This document shows, piece by piece, positions 29,665 to 40,010 of a stretch of 64,000 bases of DNA. The translations under genes were made by a program, and so were the position numbers. Origin of the DNA: Polyangiaceae bacterium (GTDB lineage Bacteria > Myxococcota_A > Polyangia > Polyangiales > Polyangiaceae); contig CBDCTZ010000015.1 of NCBI GenBank assembly GCA_965222375.1, positions 1,440,001 through 1,504,000 on the forward strand, written 5' to 3'. Under the pieces are notes generated by a model that ran no database searches, was not told where the DNA came from, and saw nothing but the letters and a program-made list of their open reading frames with translations. Each line of letters opens with the position of its first letter. Within the stretch, counting starts at the first letter, position 1.

Positions 29665-31557
29665 GTGCGCCCTGGAGCCAACACTTCAGGGCGTTCGTGC
29701 GTTTGTGTTGGCTCCGCGAGGCGCGCCAACCCGCAAATGCACGTGCTTCACTCTACTTCTCCTGGCTTCATCGGGGTCCAGTCCGTTCGTCTGAGCGGTT
29801 GTGTTGCGCCCCGGCCAGACGACAAATCGCGCGGCGCGCGATTCGTCTCAGCTGGGCGCTCTAGCTCGGCGTTCAAGACCATTCAGAAAGCGATCGATAC
29901 AGCGAGTGCGGGTGAAATCATCGAGGTCGCCGATGGCGTCTATTACGAATCGCTCAGCGTTTCAAAGAAGGGCACGAGTACCGATGCCCAGCTCTGGTTA
30001 CGCGCAGAAAACCCCGGTGGCGTAATTCTCAGTGGCGCGGTCCAGGCTGCGCGTGAGGGGACCGAGGCGTGGTCCAGCGAGGGCAACGATACCTGGTCGA
30101 CGAGCCGTTCCGACGATGTTTGGGCTGCATACCATTTGGACGACGGGACGTTCCTTCCGCGATTCAAGACGCGAGCCGACATCGAGGCCGTGACTGTGAA
30201 TCTGCACGATAGCGGCAAGAGCGTGAAAACGCCGAGCTACGGTGTGGCTCACGAAGGCGGCAAGTTGTACCTGCGTCTGAAAGACGGCGGCGATCCCAAT
30301 GGCCAGAAGATCGTCGTTCCCCGCGCCTGGCACGTACAAGTCCTGAGCGTAAGCGCGACGCCCCACTTTCATCTGGATGGGTTCTGGATCGAGGCGGGCG
30401 GTGACCAGAGCGGCTCAGAGGCGGCAGTGACCTTCGATGCGAACAGTCAGGGCGGCAGCATCATCAACTGCGTCTCGACGCTGCAAAGGACTTTGGCGCG
30501 AGTACCTAGCAACTTTCGAATCCGTTGGACCGAGCACTTCTTTCCAGGGTTCAAGGAGCTAGCCGACGACTTCCGGAGCGCGAATGGCAACCCCGGTACC
30601 GTCAACCATATCTGGGACTACGTAAAGAACTACAACCGCAATGCAGGAACAGGAACCGGCGGCAACGCCTACTACGAAGGATCGATCTACCGGTCCGTAT
30701 CGACGACTGCATCAACGGCGGTGAGCGGAGAGTACCTCTACGTGCACGAGATCTTCGATGGCCTATTGCTTGGCGAGACTCGCTCGAGCTCTGTCGCGAA
30801 CAGCGTATTCGACTACTGCTATGACGACTGCATCGAGTTGGAGAGCAACCAGAACGACTCGGATGGGTCTCGGCTGGAGGTGCATGAAAACCTGTTCCTG
30901 AACTCCTCCGTAGTGTGGCTCTCACGGCGCTCGCCGAAGTCAGGGCCGATCTTCGCCTATCGCAACGTGCTCAAGCCGAACGATCCGCCCCACGGTCGCG
31001 GCAGCCATATGATCAAGACCGGCGGGACGGCGACAATGTACGTCTACTTCAATACGCTGATCAAACTCGATGGCATGGACCACGGGACGGCGCACCTCGG
31101 CTGGGGCAGCAACGACACCGTGACCTGGAACAACGACGTCAGCGACATTCATTTTCGCAACAATGCCATCATCTTCGAAAGCGGACTTCAGGGCAGCCAA
31201 CCACCGCTTGGTGGGGACACCGACTACAACCTCTTCTACAGCGACGGCGATCTTCCGGCCTTGCGCGGTTCGGGCGGGGTCTTCGTCGACAGGACGAAGG
31301 GTACTTCGGCAATCGGGTTTGCAAACTACGGGCAAGACTGGACGCCGCAGGGAACACAACTAGTTGGCCAGGCAGGACCGATCCCAAAAAGCTGGGCAGC
31401 GCCAGACAATGGCTGGTCCCAGACGGACATCGGCTGCTTTCAAACCAGCAACGTGCAACCCAGCCAATGGCCGAGGCCCTACGACCGCAGCAACGCCTAC
31501 TCCAGGTCGACCAAGCACTTCGAAAGTCCACGCAAACCGCCCCCCGGCTGGAAGTAG
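29665..31557 (+). CDS. Right-handed beta-helix (pectin lyase-like) protein, 5' end uncertain
   Basis: FKTIQKAID, GEIIEVADGVYYE, DDCIELE, GPIFAYRN, DYN, DIG; no signal peptide recognisable. Confidence 0.7.
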   Translation: MRPGANTSGRSCVCVGSARRANPQMHVLHSTSPGFIGVQSVRLSGCVAPRPDDKSRGARFVSAGRSSSAFKTIQKAIDTASAGEIIEVADGVYYESLSVSKKGTSTDAQLWLRAENPGGVILSGAVQAAREGTEAWSSEGNDTWSTSRSDDVWAAYHLDDGTFLPRFKTRADIEAVTVNLHDSGKSVKTPSYGVAHEGGKLYLRLKDGGDPNGQKIVVPRAWHVQVLSVSATPHFHLDGFWIEAGGDQSGSEAAVTFDANSQGGSIINCVSTLQRTLARVPSNFRIRWTEHFFPGFKELADDFRSANGNPGTVNHIWDYVKNYNRNAGTGTGGNAYYEGSIYRSVSTTASTAVSGEYLYVHEIFDGLLLGETRSSSVANSVFDYCYDDCIELESNQNDSDGSRLEVHENLFLNSSVVWLSRRSPKSGPIFAYRNVLKPNDPPHGRGSHMIKTGGTATMYVYFNTLIKLDGMDHGTAHLGWGSNDTVTWNNDVSDIHFRNNAIIFESGLQGSQPPLGGDTDYNLFYSDGDLPALRGSGGVFVDRTKGTSAIGFANYGQDWTPQGTQLVGQAGPIPKSWAAPDNGWSQTDIGCFQTSNVQPSQWPRPYDRSNAYSRSTKHFESPRKPPPGWK

Positions 31558-31574
31558 CGCGGTGGTCGAACTCC

Positions 31575-34500
31575 TCAACGACGCACATTCTCACGCGTGA
31601 CACGCATCCGGCGCGACGCTTCGCCGCGCTCGAGCTCGAGCAGAACGTCGCTGCCGGGGCGCCCGCTCATGCGACTGCGCGCATCGTACATCGAGGCCAC
31701 GTCATGGCCGTCGACCGCTCGCACCACGTCGCCTGCTACGACCCCAGCGCGCTCGGCCTCGGACCCCTTGGCGACGTGCACCACCACCACTTCCGTTCCG
31801 TCTTCCAGATCGCGCTCACCCAGCGTGACCGCCAAGCTGCCTGTCACCGTGGGGTCGTCGTCCATCTGGCCCTTGACCAGGCGAATCACGACGTCCCGAG
31901 TCGTGGACTGCGCGGTAGCCTTGGCTTTCGCCGCCCCGCGCCCCACATCCGGCGCATAGGCCTCGACCACGACTTCGCCAGGCATCACTCCGGGCAGGGA
32001 GAAACGCCCTTGGCTATCCGTCGTCACCATGCCCGGCGGCAAGGCCCCAGCGGGCAAGAATGCGGGAACGGTGCCCACAGCGACGCGCGCCCCCGACACC
32101 GGCTTGCCTGAGGGGTCGAGCACCTTGCCCTCCAAGGTGGCGGGTTCACTGAGATCGATCACGGGCAGCTCGAAGGGCCGGTCGGCGCGGCCGGTAGGCT
32201 CGACCGTGAATGCGTGCTCGCTAGTTGCGTAATCTGGGTGCGCCACGCTCACTCGGACGCTCCCGGGGGGCACGTCTTTGACGCGAAACACGCCTTCGGA
32301 ATCCGTAGTGCTGACCCAGCGTCGTCCTTGGGAAAATAGCGTGGCCGTAGCCCCAGACAGGTAGGTCCGCCCGCGCACCGCAGTGATCCGTCCATGAACG
32401 ATGATCCCACGAGACAGCTTGATCGTGATCTCCTCCGGAGCCGATTCGTAGGATCGCGTCGTTCGGGTGAACCCCGGCGCCTCCGCGCTGATCAGCACGG
32501 CAAGCCCCCGTGCGTCAGTCACCTCCGCGGTGCCGCTTTCGAAGGTGAACACGGTCTGCCGCAATGGTACGTCCGGATTCAAGGACACCACGGAGACCTG
32601 GGCCGTCTCGATGGGCTGATCCCGCTCGTCGACGACCTTCACCGCGACGGTCTCTCGCCCATCGGGCAACGTGATGGTGACTGTCTCTCGTTTACCTTCT
32701 TCGACCTCCACGGTCTTTCGAACGGCGGCGCGGGTCAGGTCCTCCGGGCGATACACGGAGAGCACGATCTCGGCGGGCACCGCCGCAAACGCAAAGCTGC
32801 CGTCAGTCGCGGTCAGCGTGGTCCGCTCCAGGGTGCCGCGCACCGCCGTCAGATCCACTCGGGCCTCCGAGACTCCGCGTCCGTGCTTGTCGACCACCCG
32901 CCCTTCCAAGCTACCGCCGGCGAGCAAGACGATCTTCACTTTGACCCGGCCATCTGGCGCCAAGCTCACGACTTCGCTGATGCCCTCGACGTATGCCGGG
33001 TGGCGCACGATGGCGCGCACCCGCCCGGGCGTCACCGGCTTTGCCACGAAGTTGCCATTGAGCCCCGTCACCCAAGGCGCCACACCTTCTTTGGGGGCAA
33101 ATGCCCCGGGCCCGGCGTTGTAGGAGGGTTCCACGAAAGTGAACGCGTCCATGGCTGATGGCGGCGGGATCGGCGGAATGGGTCCGGGCATCACGCCCAA
33201 TTCGCCCGCGGGCATCAGCGTCGGCGAGGACCCGAGGGACCAAGCGAAGTGGGAGCGCCGCAGGGCGTTCGACATCGGCGTCTCGGCGATGGGGAAGCCA
33301 CTCAGATCGGTGCCGATGACTTCCACCGTGGCGCCATCCACGGGTCGGTCGTCATGGTCGACGACTTCGCCTTCGATCACACCGCCCTTCAGCAGCGCAA
33401 TCACGACCTCGCCTTCGGGCTCCAGGGGCACCATCGCCAGACCCCGGCCCACGAAACCCGCAGCGCTCGCGCTCAGCGTGGCTGGACCCGGCGCAATCGG
33501 GCCCATCACGACCGTGCCGTCGGCACCGGTGCGCGCCCGCAAGGGAAACGATGACAGCCCGCTCTCGACGAGCACCACGTCGGCACCTGAGACCCCGGGC
33601 GCGTTGTCCGCTTCGCCTTCGGTCACCCGAACGGCAATGTTGCGCCCCTCCATGAGCCGCAAGGTGATCGCCTTGTCCGCCCCACGCGTGAGCTCCAGGC
33701 CTCCCACGGTATCGGAAACCAAGCCGCCTCGGGTTGCACGCACATCGTAGTGCCCGGCTAGCAAGCCGGCGATCCGTACTTCACCGTTTGCAGCGGTCAG
33801 CGCTCTTCGCGCGGGCCAGAGGCTCGACCCTGCGAGCCATATCGTGGCTTCCTTCGCCGGCTTCCCATTCGGCAGCTCGACCCGCACCGTGAGCGTGGAC
33901 AGGCGCCGCAGCGCAATCGTCGTGTCGGCTTCGACGCCGGTGCGCGTGACGCTTTCATAGCCCCGATGGGAGGCTTTGACGGTCCAGGGCGCGGCGCCCA
34001 AGCGGTCAAAGAGCGCCTTGCCCTTGGGATCCGTGAGGGCGCCATAGGGCAAAGGGTCGCCGGTGGTGACCAGCACCGTCGCACCACTCAGCGCCACGCC
34101 TTGTTCGTCCGTCACGTTGATGGACAGCGTCTTCGCGCCCTCGAGCGTCACGCTGGCGCGACGCTTGGTTCGGTCCACCACGAGGCGCGTGGAAGCTCGG
34201 GCGAAACCGGGCGCATCTACCAGGACCCAGGACGCGCCTTGGGGCAATTCGTCGAAACTCACGACGCCTCGCGCATCGGTGGAATTGCGCGCGGCTTCAT
34301 AGAAGCGCGACTCCCGCTCCCACAGCACCCGCACCGAAGCTTTCGCGACCGGGGACTTGTCACTCCGCACCACAGCCACTTCGAGTCGCCCTTCGCGCAC
34401 CGTCTCCACAGGAACCGGCGGGGCGCTCGGCATCCGGGGCAAGGAGCGAGAAGGCACGTCCACCACTCGCGCCAAGAATGCCAGGCACGAAAGCAGCGCA

Positions 34501-34592
34501 AGCAGCGCCAACAATATCCGGGGCCAACGTGGCTCTGGCACTACGTGGACGATAACGGAAAGCCGCGGGGTTTTAAGCCCATCGGGGGTCAT
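31575..34592 (-). CDS. Carboxypeptidase-regulatory-like repeat protein with C-terminal PDZ domain
   Basis: Repeated GxVVD..GxPVxGAxV modules; C-terminal GSEAERAGVVAGDVVRAVDG; N-terminal transmembrane helix; start uncertain. Confidence 0.85.
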   Translation of the reverse strand: MTPDGLKTPRLSVIVHVVPEPRWPRILLALLALLSCLAFLARVVDVPSRSLPRMPSAPPVPVETVREGRLEVAVVRSDKSPVAKASVRVLWERESRFYEAARNSTDARGVVSFDELPQGASWVLVDAPGFARASTRLVVDRTKRRASVTLEGAKTLSINVTDEQGVALSGATVLVTTGDPLPYGALTDPKGKALFDRLGAAPWTVKASHRGYESVTRTGVEADTTIALRRLSTLTVRVELPNGKPAKEATIWLAGSSLWPARRALTAANGEVRIAGLLAGHYDVRATRGGLVSDTVGGLELTRGADKAITLRLMEGRNIAVRVTEGEADNAPGVSGADVVLVESGLSSFPLRARTGADGTVVMGPIAPGPATLSASAAGFVGRGLAMVPLEPEGEVVIALLKGGVIEGEVVDHDDRPVDGATVEVIGTDLSGFPIAETPMSNALRRSHFAWSLGSSPTLMPAGELGVMPGPIPPIPPPSAMDAFTFVEPSYNAGPGAFAPKEGVAPWVTGLNGNFVAKPVTPGRVRAIVRHPAYVEGISEVVSLAPDGRVKVKIVLLAGGSLEGRVVDKHGRGVSEARVDLTAVRGTLERTTLTATDGSFAFAAVPAEIVLSVYRPEDLTRAAVRKTVEVEEGKRETVTITLPDGRETVAVKVVDERDQPIETAQVSVVSLNPDVPLRQTVFTFESGTAEVTDARGLAVLISAEAPGFTRTTRSYESAPEEITIKLSRGIIVHGRITAVRGRTYLSGATATLFSQGRRWVSTTDSEGVFRVKDVPPGSVRVSVAHPDYATSEHAFTVEPTGRADRPFELPVIDLSEPATLEGKVLDPSGKPVSGARVAVGTVPAFLPAGALPPGMVTTDSQGRFSLPGVMPGEVVVEAYAPDVGRGAAKAKATAQSTTRDVVIRLVKGQMDDDPTVTGSLAVTLGERDLEDGTEVVVVHVAKGSEAERAGVVAGDVVRAVDGHDVASMYDARSRMSGRPGSDVLLELERGEASRRMRVTRENVRR

Positions 34593-34687
34593 TATGCGCA
34601 AACCAACGGGGCGCGTTCTGCGCTGGGGCGCGGCGACCCGAGGTGCTGAGCAGAGAAATCTCGCCAATCGCTGCTATCCTGTGAGGG

Positions 34688-35908
34688 TTGACCCGACTTC
34701 CGACCAGCAACCGCGGCGCTGCCCTCAGGGCACTCGGACTCACACTTCCTTTGGCTCTGGCGGCAGCCGCCGTGGGTTCTTGCGGCGGTGAGAGTCGGCC
34801 GCCGCTATTCCAAGCCGCCGATTCGGGCTCAGCCGGCGCGGGCGGAACTCCCATCATCGACGCCGCGACCTCCGACGGCCCTCCCGACGCCGAGCTGTGC
34901 GGCAATCAGTTGATCCCGGTCGTCATCGATCGACCCAACCTGTACTTCGTGCTCGATCGTTCTGGAAGCATGGCCGACCCGCAGCCCGGGTCCGTCGGAT
35001 TGAACAAATACGATAGCTCGCGGGTAGCCATCGCGGACGTGCTTCGCGCCGTGGGTCACCGAGTGAACTACGGCGCTGCGGTATTTCCCGGAGGCGGTGG
35101 CACGATCCCTGGATGCGGAACTGGCGTCGAACTGTTTCCGACCCAGCCGGGCGATCCGGTCACCTACGCGGAGCAGAAGAAGGATGGTCCGGTCCTGGTC
35201 GCAATGCTGAACACCTTGGCGAAGCTCTCGCCCCAAGGTGGCACGCCAACTTCGTCCACTCTCGGCGACTTGGCACCCACCTTGACCGCCCTGGAAGGCA
35301 AGACCTTCGTGGTGTTGGCAACGGACGGCGGACCCAACTGCAATTTGGGCGCCTCCTGCGGCATCAACGAATGCCAGCTCAACATCGAGGGCCTCACCAT
35401 CAACGGTGTGGTCTGCGATTCGACCGTCAATTGCTGCGCACCCGGCTTCAACGGCGGCGGGCCCCTCAACTGCGTGGATGGTCCCGTCACCAAGGCGGCC
35501 GTGGACAACCTGGCCAAGCAAGGCATCCCCACTTACGTCGTGGGCATGCCGGGCAGCGAAATCTATGCGTCGCTGCTCGACGAGTTAGCGGTGGCCGGCC
35601 TGACCGCCCGCGCCACCTCGCCCAGCTACTACGCCGTGAGCGACGCCACCGAGCTTTCCGGCGCGCTGAAGGAGATCGGCGTCACCGTCGCGATCAGCTG
35701 CACCATCGAACTCGACTTCGAGCCCGAAGACCCTGACCTCGTCAACGTGTACTTCGACAAGTCCGTCCTACCCGGCGACGACATCGACGGCTGGAAGTGG
35801 GCGGGCACCAAGACCATTGAAATCGTCGGCCCGTCCTGCGACAAGCTCAAGAGCGGCGACGTGTTCCAGCTCCAAGTCGTCGGCGGTTGCCCGACAACCG
35901 TGCGCTAG
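34688..35908 (+). CDS. vWA domain lipoprotein
   Basis: MIDAS motif DRSGS, GGTPT, LATDG, TYVVG; VGSC lipobox; Cys-rich. Confidence 0.88.
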   Translation: MTRLPTSNRGAALRALGLTLPLALAAAAVGSCGGESRPPLFQAADSGSAGAGGTPIIDAATSDGPPDAELCGNQLIPVVIDRPNLYFVLDRSGSMADPQPGSVGLNKYDSSRVAIADVLRAVGHRVNYGAAVFPGGGGTIPGCGTGVELFPTQPGDPVTYAEQKKDGPVLVAMLNTLAKLSPQGGTPTSSTLGDLAPTLTALEGKTFVVLATDGGPNCNLGASCGINECQLNIEGLTINGVVCDSTVNCCAPGFNGGGPLNCVDGPVTKAAVDNLAKQGIPTYVVGMPGSEIYASLLDELAVAGLTARATSPSYYAVSDATELSGALKEIGVTVAISCTIELDFEPEDPDLVNVYFDKSVLPGDDIDGWKWAGTKTIEIVGPSCDKLKSGDVFQLQVVGGCPTTVR

Positions 35909-36102
35909 GATACCGATGCACGCGCCAACTTCGGGTGCCCAGACTAGAAGGCCGAGCTCCTGCGAAGGCTCGGGCTCGTGAACACCGAAACGGACCCGAC
36001 GACTAGGGCAGGTCGAGAACTCGCCAGGCCGGCAGGTGGCGAATGTCACAGGATCGTCCTATGGTGACTGAGAGTTCTTTTTCGCAGAGTGAACCAGGGG
36101 CC

Positions 36103-37926
36103 ATGGCGAACGCAATTGGTATACAGCTAGGTAAACTTCTCATGGCTTGCGGCCTCCTCGCGGCATGCGGTTCCGACTCGGCATCTCCAGCATCACAACC
36201 CGACGCCAGCGGAGCCGCGGACGCAGCCGACGGTGGAGTAGGACCCGACGGTGGCTCCGATGCCGGCAACGGCGAAGCCGGCGGGTGCCCGCCCATCGTA
36301 CCGACCGGCGACGCCGTGGCAGTTTCCACCTTCCACTCCCTGAGTCTCTACTGGACGCCCCAGCCGGGCGCCGCGCCCCCGCAAGCCGATGCCACGGTGA
36401 GCTACCGTAAGCAGGGAACGTGCACGTGGTCCGAAGGGCTGCCGCTGCGCCACAACCCAATCACCCGCCCGGATTCGAAATCCCGCGGTGACTATCGGGG
36501 CAGTTTGGTTCACTTGACACCGGGCACCACCTACGAGGTGCGGCTCGAGCTTCCGGGAACATCCTCGAGCGCAACCCTGGTCGCCGAAACGTGGCCCGAA
36601 AAGTTCCCCGAGGACGGAACCATCAAAGTGGGCAGCCGGACCACTCAATACGACGTCAACGACTCGGGTAAGCCAGGCGCCTACCGAGTCTACGATGGTG
36701 CAGACGCCATCATCGACATCCAAGACGACTCGAACTACGGCATTCGAGTCGACGCCAGCTATGTGATCTTGCGCAACTTCACCATCGTCGGTCCCAAGCG
36801 ACACGGAATTCACATCTCCGGTGGCCAGCACATCGTGATCGAAGACTGCGACATCAGTGGATGGGGCGACCGCGACGACAACATCCCCAACCCCTTTGGC
36901 ACGAACTTTCGCGCGGCGGTTCACGCGACCGACAAGAAAAGCGTGAAGTCGGTCGTCGTCCAGCGTTGCAAGCTCCACGAGCCGCGCTGGGGCGCTAACA
37001 GCTGGGCCGAAAAGAATCCTACCAACACCGATTGCCAAGGCACGAAGGGCGTCAACGATCCGGATTGCTATCACCCGCAAGGGCCCCAGTGCATCGCTTT
37101 CGCCAACACGGATGGCAACCACGTGCTTCGCTACAACGAATGCTGGTCCACGAAGGACCACTACTTCAATGACGGCTTCGGCTACGGCAGCAATGGTAGC
37201 GAGCGCGGTTTCCCCGGCGCGGATTCGGACGTGTACGGAAACTACGTCGCGAATTGCTGGGACGACGGGCTCGAAGTCGAGGGCGGCGGACAAAACGTGC
37301 GAGTCTGGAACAACTACGTCGAGGAAACGCTGATTCCCATCGCCAACGCAGCAGTATCAATCGGACCGCTCTACGTGTGGCGCAACGTCGTCGGCCGTAG
37401 CTACAGCAAACCCGGCAGCCAGTATGGGCAATACGGACCTTTCCTCAAGATGGGTTGGGCCGGCTCTCAGGATTGGATGACGGGCCACCAGTTCATTTTC
37501 CACAACACGATCTTCCAAAGTGGCGACAACGGTTCCGGGGGGCTCGGCACAGCCGACAACTATGGCCGCAAAGTCACCCACACTGTAACTCGAAACAACA
37601 TCTTCCACGTTCGAGCGGCGACCTCTGCCGCCATCTCATCCGACAGCGAAGACTCGAACTTCGACTTCGACCTGTACACCGGAACCGTGCCTCAGGGTCA
37701 CGAACAGAACGGCATCAATGCCGCTCCAGCCTACGCAAGCGGTGCCGGGCTGTCCTTTGCCACGAAACAGGGGACTTTTCAGCTGGCTCCCGGTAGCCCT
37801 GGGTACCAAGCGGCCAAGTCGATCCCAAACTTCACTGGAGCCTTCAGCGGCGCGGCGCCAGACATCGGCGCACATCAAAGCGGGACTGGACCCATGAAGT
37901 TCGGAGTCGACGCTGGTGCGCCATAG
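36103..37926 (+). CDS. FN3 + right-handed beta-helix lipoprotein (polysaccharide lyase-like)
   Basis: LAAC lipobox; LTPGTTYEVRL; WDDGLEVEG, GPLYVWRN, APDIGA. Confidence 0.8.
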   Translation: MANAIGIQLGKLLMACGLLAACGSDSASPASQPDASGAADAADGGVGPDGGSDAGNGEAGGCPPIVPTGDAVAVSTFHSLSLYWTPQPGAAPPQADATVSYRKQGTCTWSEGLPLRHNPITRPDSKSRGDYRGSLVHLTPGTTYEVRLELPGTSSSATLVAETWPEKFPEDGTIKVGSRTTQYDVNDSGKPGAYRVYDGADAIIDIQDDSNYGIRVDASYVILRNFTIVGPKRHGIHISGGQHIVIEDCDISGWGDRDDNIPNPFGTNFRAAVHATDKKSVKSVVVQRCKLHEPRWGANSWAEKNPTNTDCQGTKGVNDPDCYHPQGPQCIAFANTDGNHVLRYNECWSTKDHYFNDGFGYGSNGSERGFPGADSDVYGNYVANCWDDGLEVEGGGQNVRVWNNYVEETLIPIANAAVSIGPLYVWRNVVGRSYSKPGSQYGQYGPFLKMGWAGSQDWMTGHQFIFHNTIFQSGDNGSGGLGTADNYGRKVTHTVTRNNIFHVRAATSAAISSDSEDSNFDFDLYTGTVPQGHEQNGINAAPAYASGAGLSFATKQGTFQLAPGSPGYQAAKSIPNFTGAFSGAAPDIGAHQSGTGPMKFGVDAGAP

Positions 37927-37989
37927 CAGCAAGCCAGGCACTCACCTTCCCGGGCTGCGGTCGTTGAAGTTTCTTCCGACACAGCCAAA

Positions 37990-38160
37990 GATTGCTCTAG
38001 CCTAGTCGCGTGGACGATCGCCTAGAAGCGCTGCGACGCGAGATTGACGAAATTGATGACCTCGTCGTGAACGCGAAGCTGCCGCGTCGGCCGCGCGCGC
38101 ACTATTCGATGCAAGGAGCTAGCCGGCGACGAATCGGCTTCACTATTCCAGGAATTTCCG
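37990..38160 (+). pseudogene. Partial duplicate of the chorismate mutase 5' end joined to a decayed copy of 39600-39700
   Basis: 38010-38060 is identical to 39154-39204; 38061-38150 aligns loosely with 39600-39687. Confidence 0.85.
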
Positions 38161-38205
38161 GCCGGCTCGTGCAAACGGGAGTTGCGGGGACGAATACTAC
38201 CCAAA

Positions 38206-38673
38206 CTAGAAAAGGTGGTGGTGATCGTGGTGGTGATGGTGGTGGTCGTGAACATGGCCACCATCACCACCACCAGGGAGCCTCACCGCGGTTTCCCAAA
38301 CGACTTGGCAGCGCACGCAGATCAGCAGGTAGGTCTCCGAGCCGGCAGCTCGGATGGTGGCAGCACTGCAGCGGGGGCAGGTCATGGCATTGAGCACCTT
38401 CTTGGCGCTCGTCTTCGACCCCATGCCCACGATGCCGGCTACCAACAGGATTGAGGATACGACGATCGCGATTCCCAGCCACACTGGACTTTGCTCCAAG
38501 ATTGCCAGAGCGATCACGCTGCCCACGAGCAGGACGGCCGCGCAACCGAGCGACGCGAACAAGAACAGGTACCTCCAGGGCGACACGGCCGTTGCACGGT
38601 CGACAATGGCTTTTGCGGCGTCGAAGCGCTGCCGAGGGAGCGAGTGCAACATTTGCGCAACGTCGTCGCTCAT
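38206..38673 (-). CDS. Membrane protein with zinc ribbon and poly-His tail (paralogue 1)
   Basis: Two TM helices, CPRC...CVRC, tail HVHDHHHHHHDHHHLF. Confidence 0.8.
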   Translation of the reverse strand: MSDDVAQMLHSLPRQRFDAAKAIVDRATAVSPWRYLFLFASLGCAAVLLVGSVIALAILEQSPVWLGIAIVVSSILLVAGIVGMGSKTSAKKVLNAMTCPRCSAATIRAAGSETYLLICVRCQVVWETAVRLPGGGDGGHVHDHHHHHHDHHHLF

Positions 38674-39153
38674 GGACGAACTAATCATATCACGAATGCC
38701 GAGCATGTGACCGGTGGGTCAGTCCGCAGACTGACCAACGCCACAGCACACACTTTGACGCGCGTCGGAACCGATCGCGCACTGCGGAGGCGACCTGGTT
38801 GTCGCAGCCATCGACCCTCGGTCAGGGTCACGGTGCCTGAGGCGGCTGTCGTGACGCACGCAGCGTTGGAGCAGGGCGCGCGACCCGGCCCGGTGAGAAG
38901 CCGGTGTTCTTCCAACACGCCTTCTATTCTCCCACCACCCCCGGGGCTGGACGTGGACCGACGCCATCGAAGCCCGCATCGCGGCGCCCTGAAGCCATGC
39001 GCCGCCTGAGCACAAGGACGGGCCAAGAGCACCTTCAGGGCGTGCGAGGCGAGAGGCAACTACAGGCGACGCTGAAACTAGAAGTGATGATGGTGTCGTC
39101 GGCGGCAGTCCCACGACCGTGCGCTGAGCGCGGAATTGCTTTAGCCTGATCCT

Positions 39154-39432
39154 GTGGACGATCGCCTAGAAGCGCTGCGACGCGAGATTGACGAAATTGA
39201 TGACGAGATCCTGAAGTGGGTCGCGCGGCGCCTCGAAAAGGTGCTCGCCGTCGGCGACTTCAAGAAGCGCAACCACCTCGACGCCTACGACCCGGATCGC
39301 GAACGCAAGATCTTGGACCGCCTGGGCAGCCGCGCCCCCGCCCCTCTCGAGCCCCAAGCGGTGCGCCGCATCTTCGAGCGTCTCATCGACGAGTCCCGCA
39401 GAGCCGAACAGATCCGCATGCGCAGCGAATAG
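39154..39432 (+). CDS. Chorismate mutase, AroQ/type II, monofunctional
   Basis: LEALRREIDEIDDEIL...RR..VGDFKK...YDPDRE...IFERLIDESR. Confidence 0.92.
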   Translation: MDDRLEALRREIDEIDDEILKWVARRLEKVLAVGDFKKRNHLDAYDPDRERKILDRLGSRAPAPLEPQAVRRIFERLIDESRRAEQIRMRSE

Positions 39433-39515
39433 TTTGGGTTTGGGTTTGGGGGGTCGCATCACTGTGGCGGTACTGCGCCGCTAACCTCGCCCGAGACCGC
39501 GTGGGCCAACGCGAG

Positions 39516-39977
39516 CTAGCGTTTCGCAGGAAGCTTCAGCCGGCCACGAGTGACACGTCCACATCTAGACCCCAGGACGCAATTCTTCGACTCGCATTCC
39601 TCATCGTGGGCACAAAGCTGCCAGGTGGGTCGCGAACACGACTCCACGCAGCGAGCCAGCCGGCGACGAATCGGTTTTGCTATTCCACAGCACTTTAGCC
39701 CCGCTTCGCAGTCCGCTGTCTCATCGCAGGCAAGGTCCCAGCCCGCATCCGGACATCCATCTTCCGTTTCAACGCAGAACTTGTCGTGCTCGACGTGACA
39801 ACATAGCTGATTTGGAGCAACGCAGTCCTGATCGCCGCGGCGGATCTTCCCCGGACCGGACGCGCGAAACCGTTCCTGACGGAACGGACCCCTGAAGGGA
39901 TGTGCATCGAGTCCTGCGTCCCGAAGAGGGGCTGTTTGAGGGCCCTGCGACGCCCAAGCTGCGGTCGGCGTTCCCAT
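39516..39977 (-). CDS. Cys-rich hypothetical protein, possibly 5'-damaged
   Basis: CDETADC..GLKCC...QLCAHDEEC motif typical of myxobacterial exported proteins; no signal peptide in frame. Confidence 0.5.
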   Translation of the reverse strand: MGTPTAAWASQGPQTAPLRDAGLDAHPFRGPFRQERFRASGPGKIRRGDQDCVAPNQLCCHVEHDKFCVETEDGCPDAGWDLACDETADCEAGLKCCGIAKPIRRRLARCVESCSRPTWQLCAHDEECESKNCVLGSRCGRVTRGRLKLPAKR

Positions 39978-40010
39978 GCAGATAGCCGCCTCATTGTTGG
40001 AGTATTCATA

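Noticed and set aside
38206..38260. Cloning-vector His-tag contamination
   Set aside because: Mixed CAC/CAT codons with interruptions, present in two diverged native paralogues, and no vector sequence
38010..38393. Second functional chorismate mutase (127-aa ORF)
   Set aside because: Only the first 17 codons match; the rest is unrelated and runs antisense into the His-tail gene
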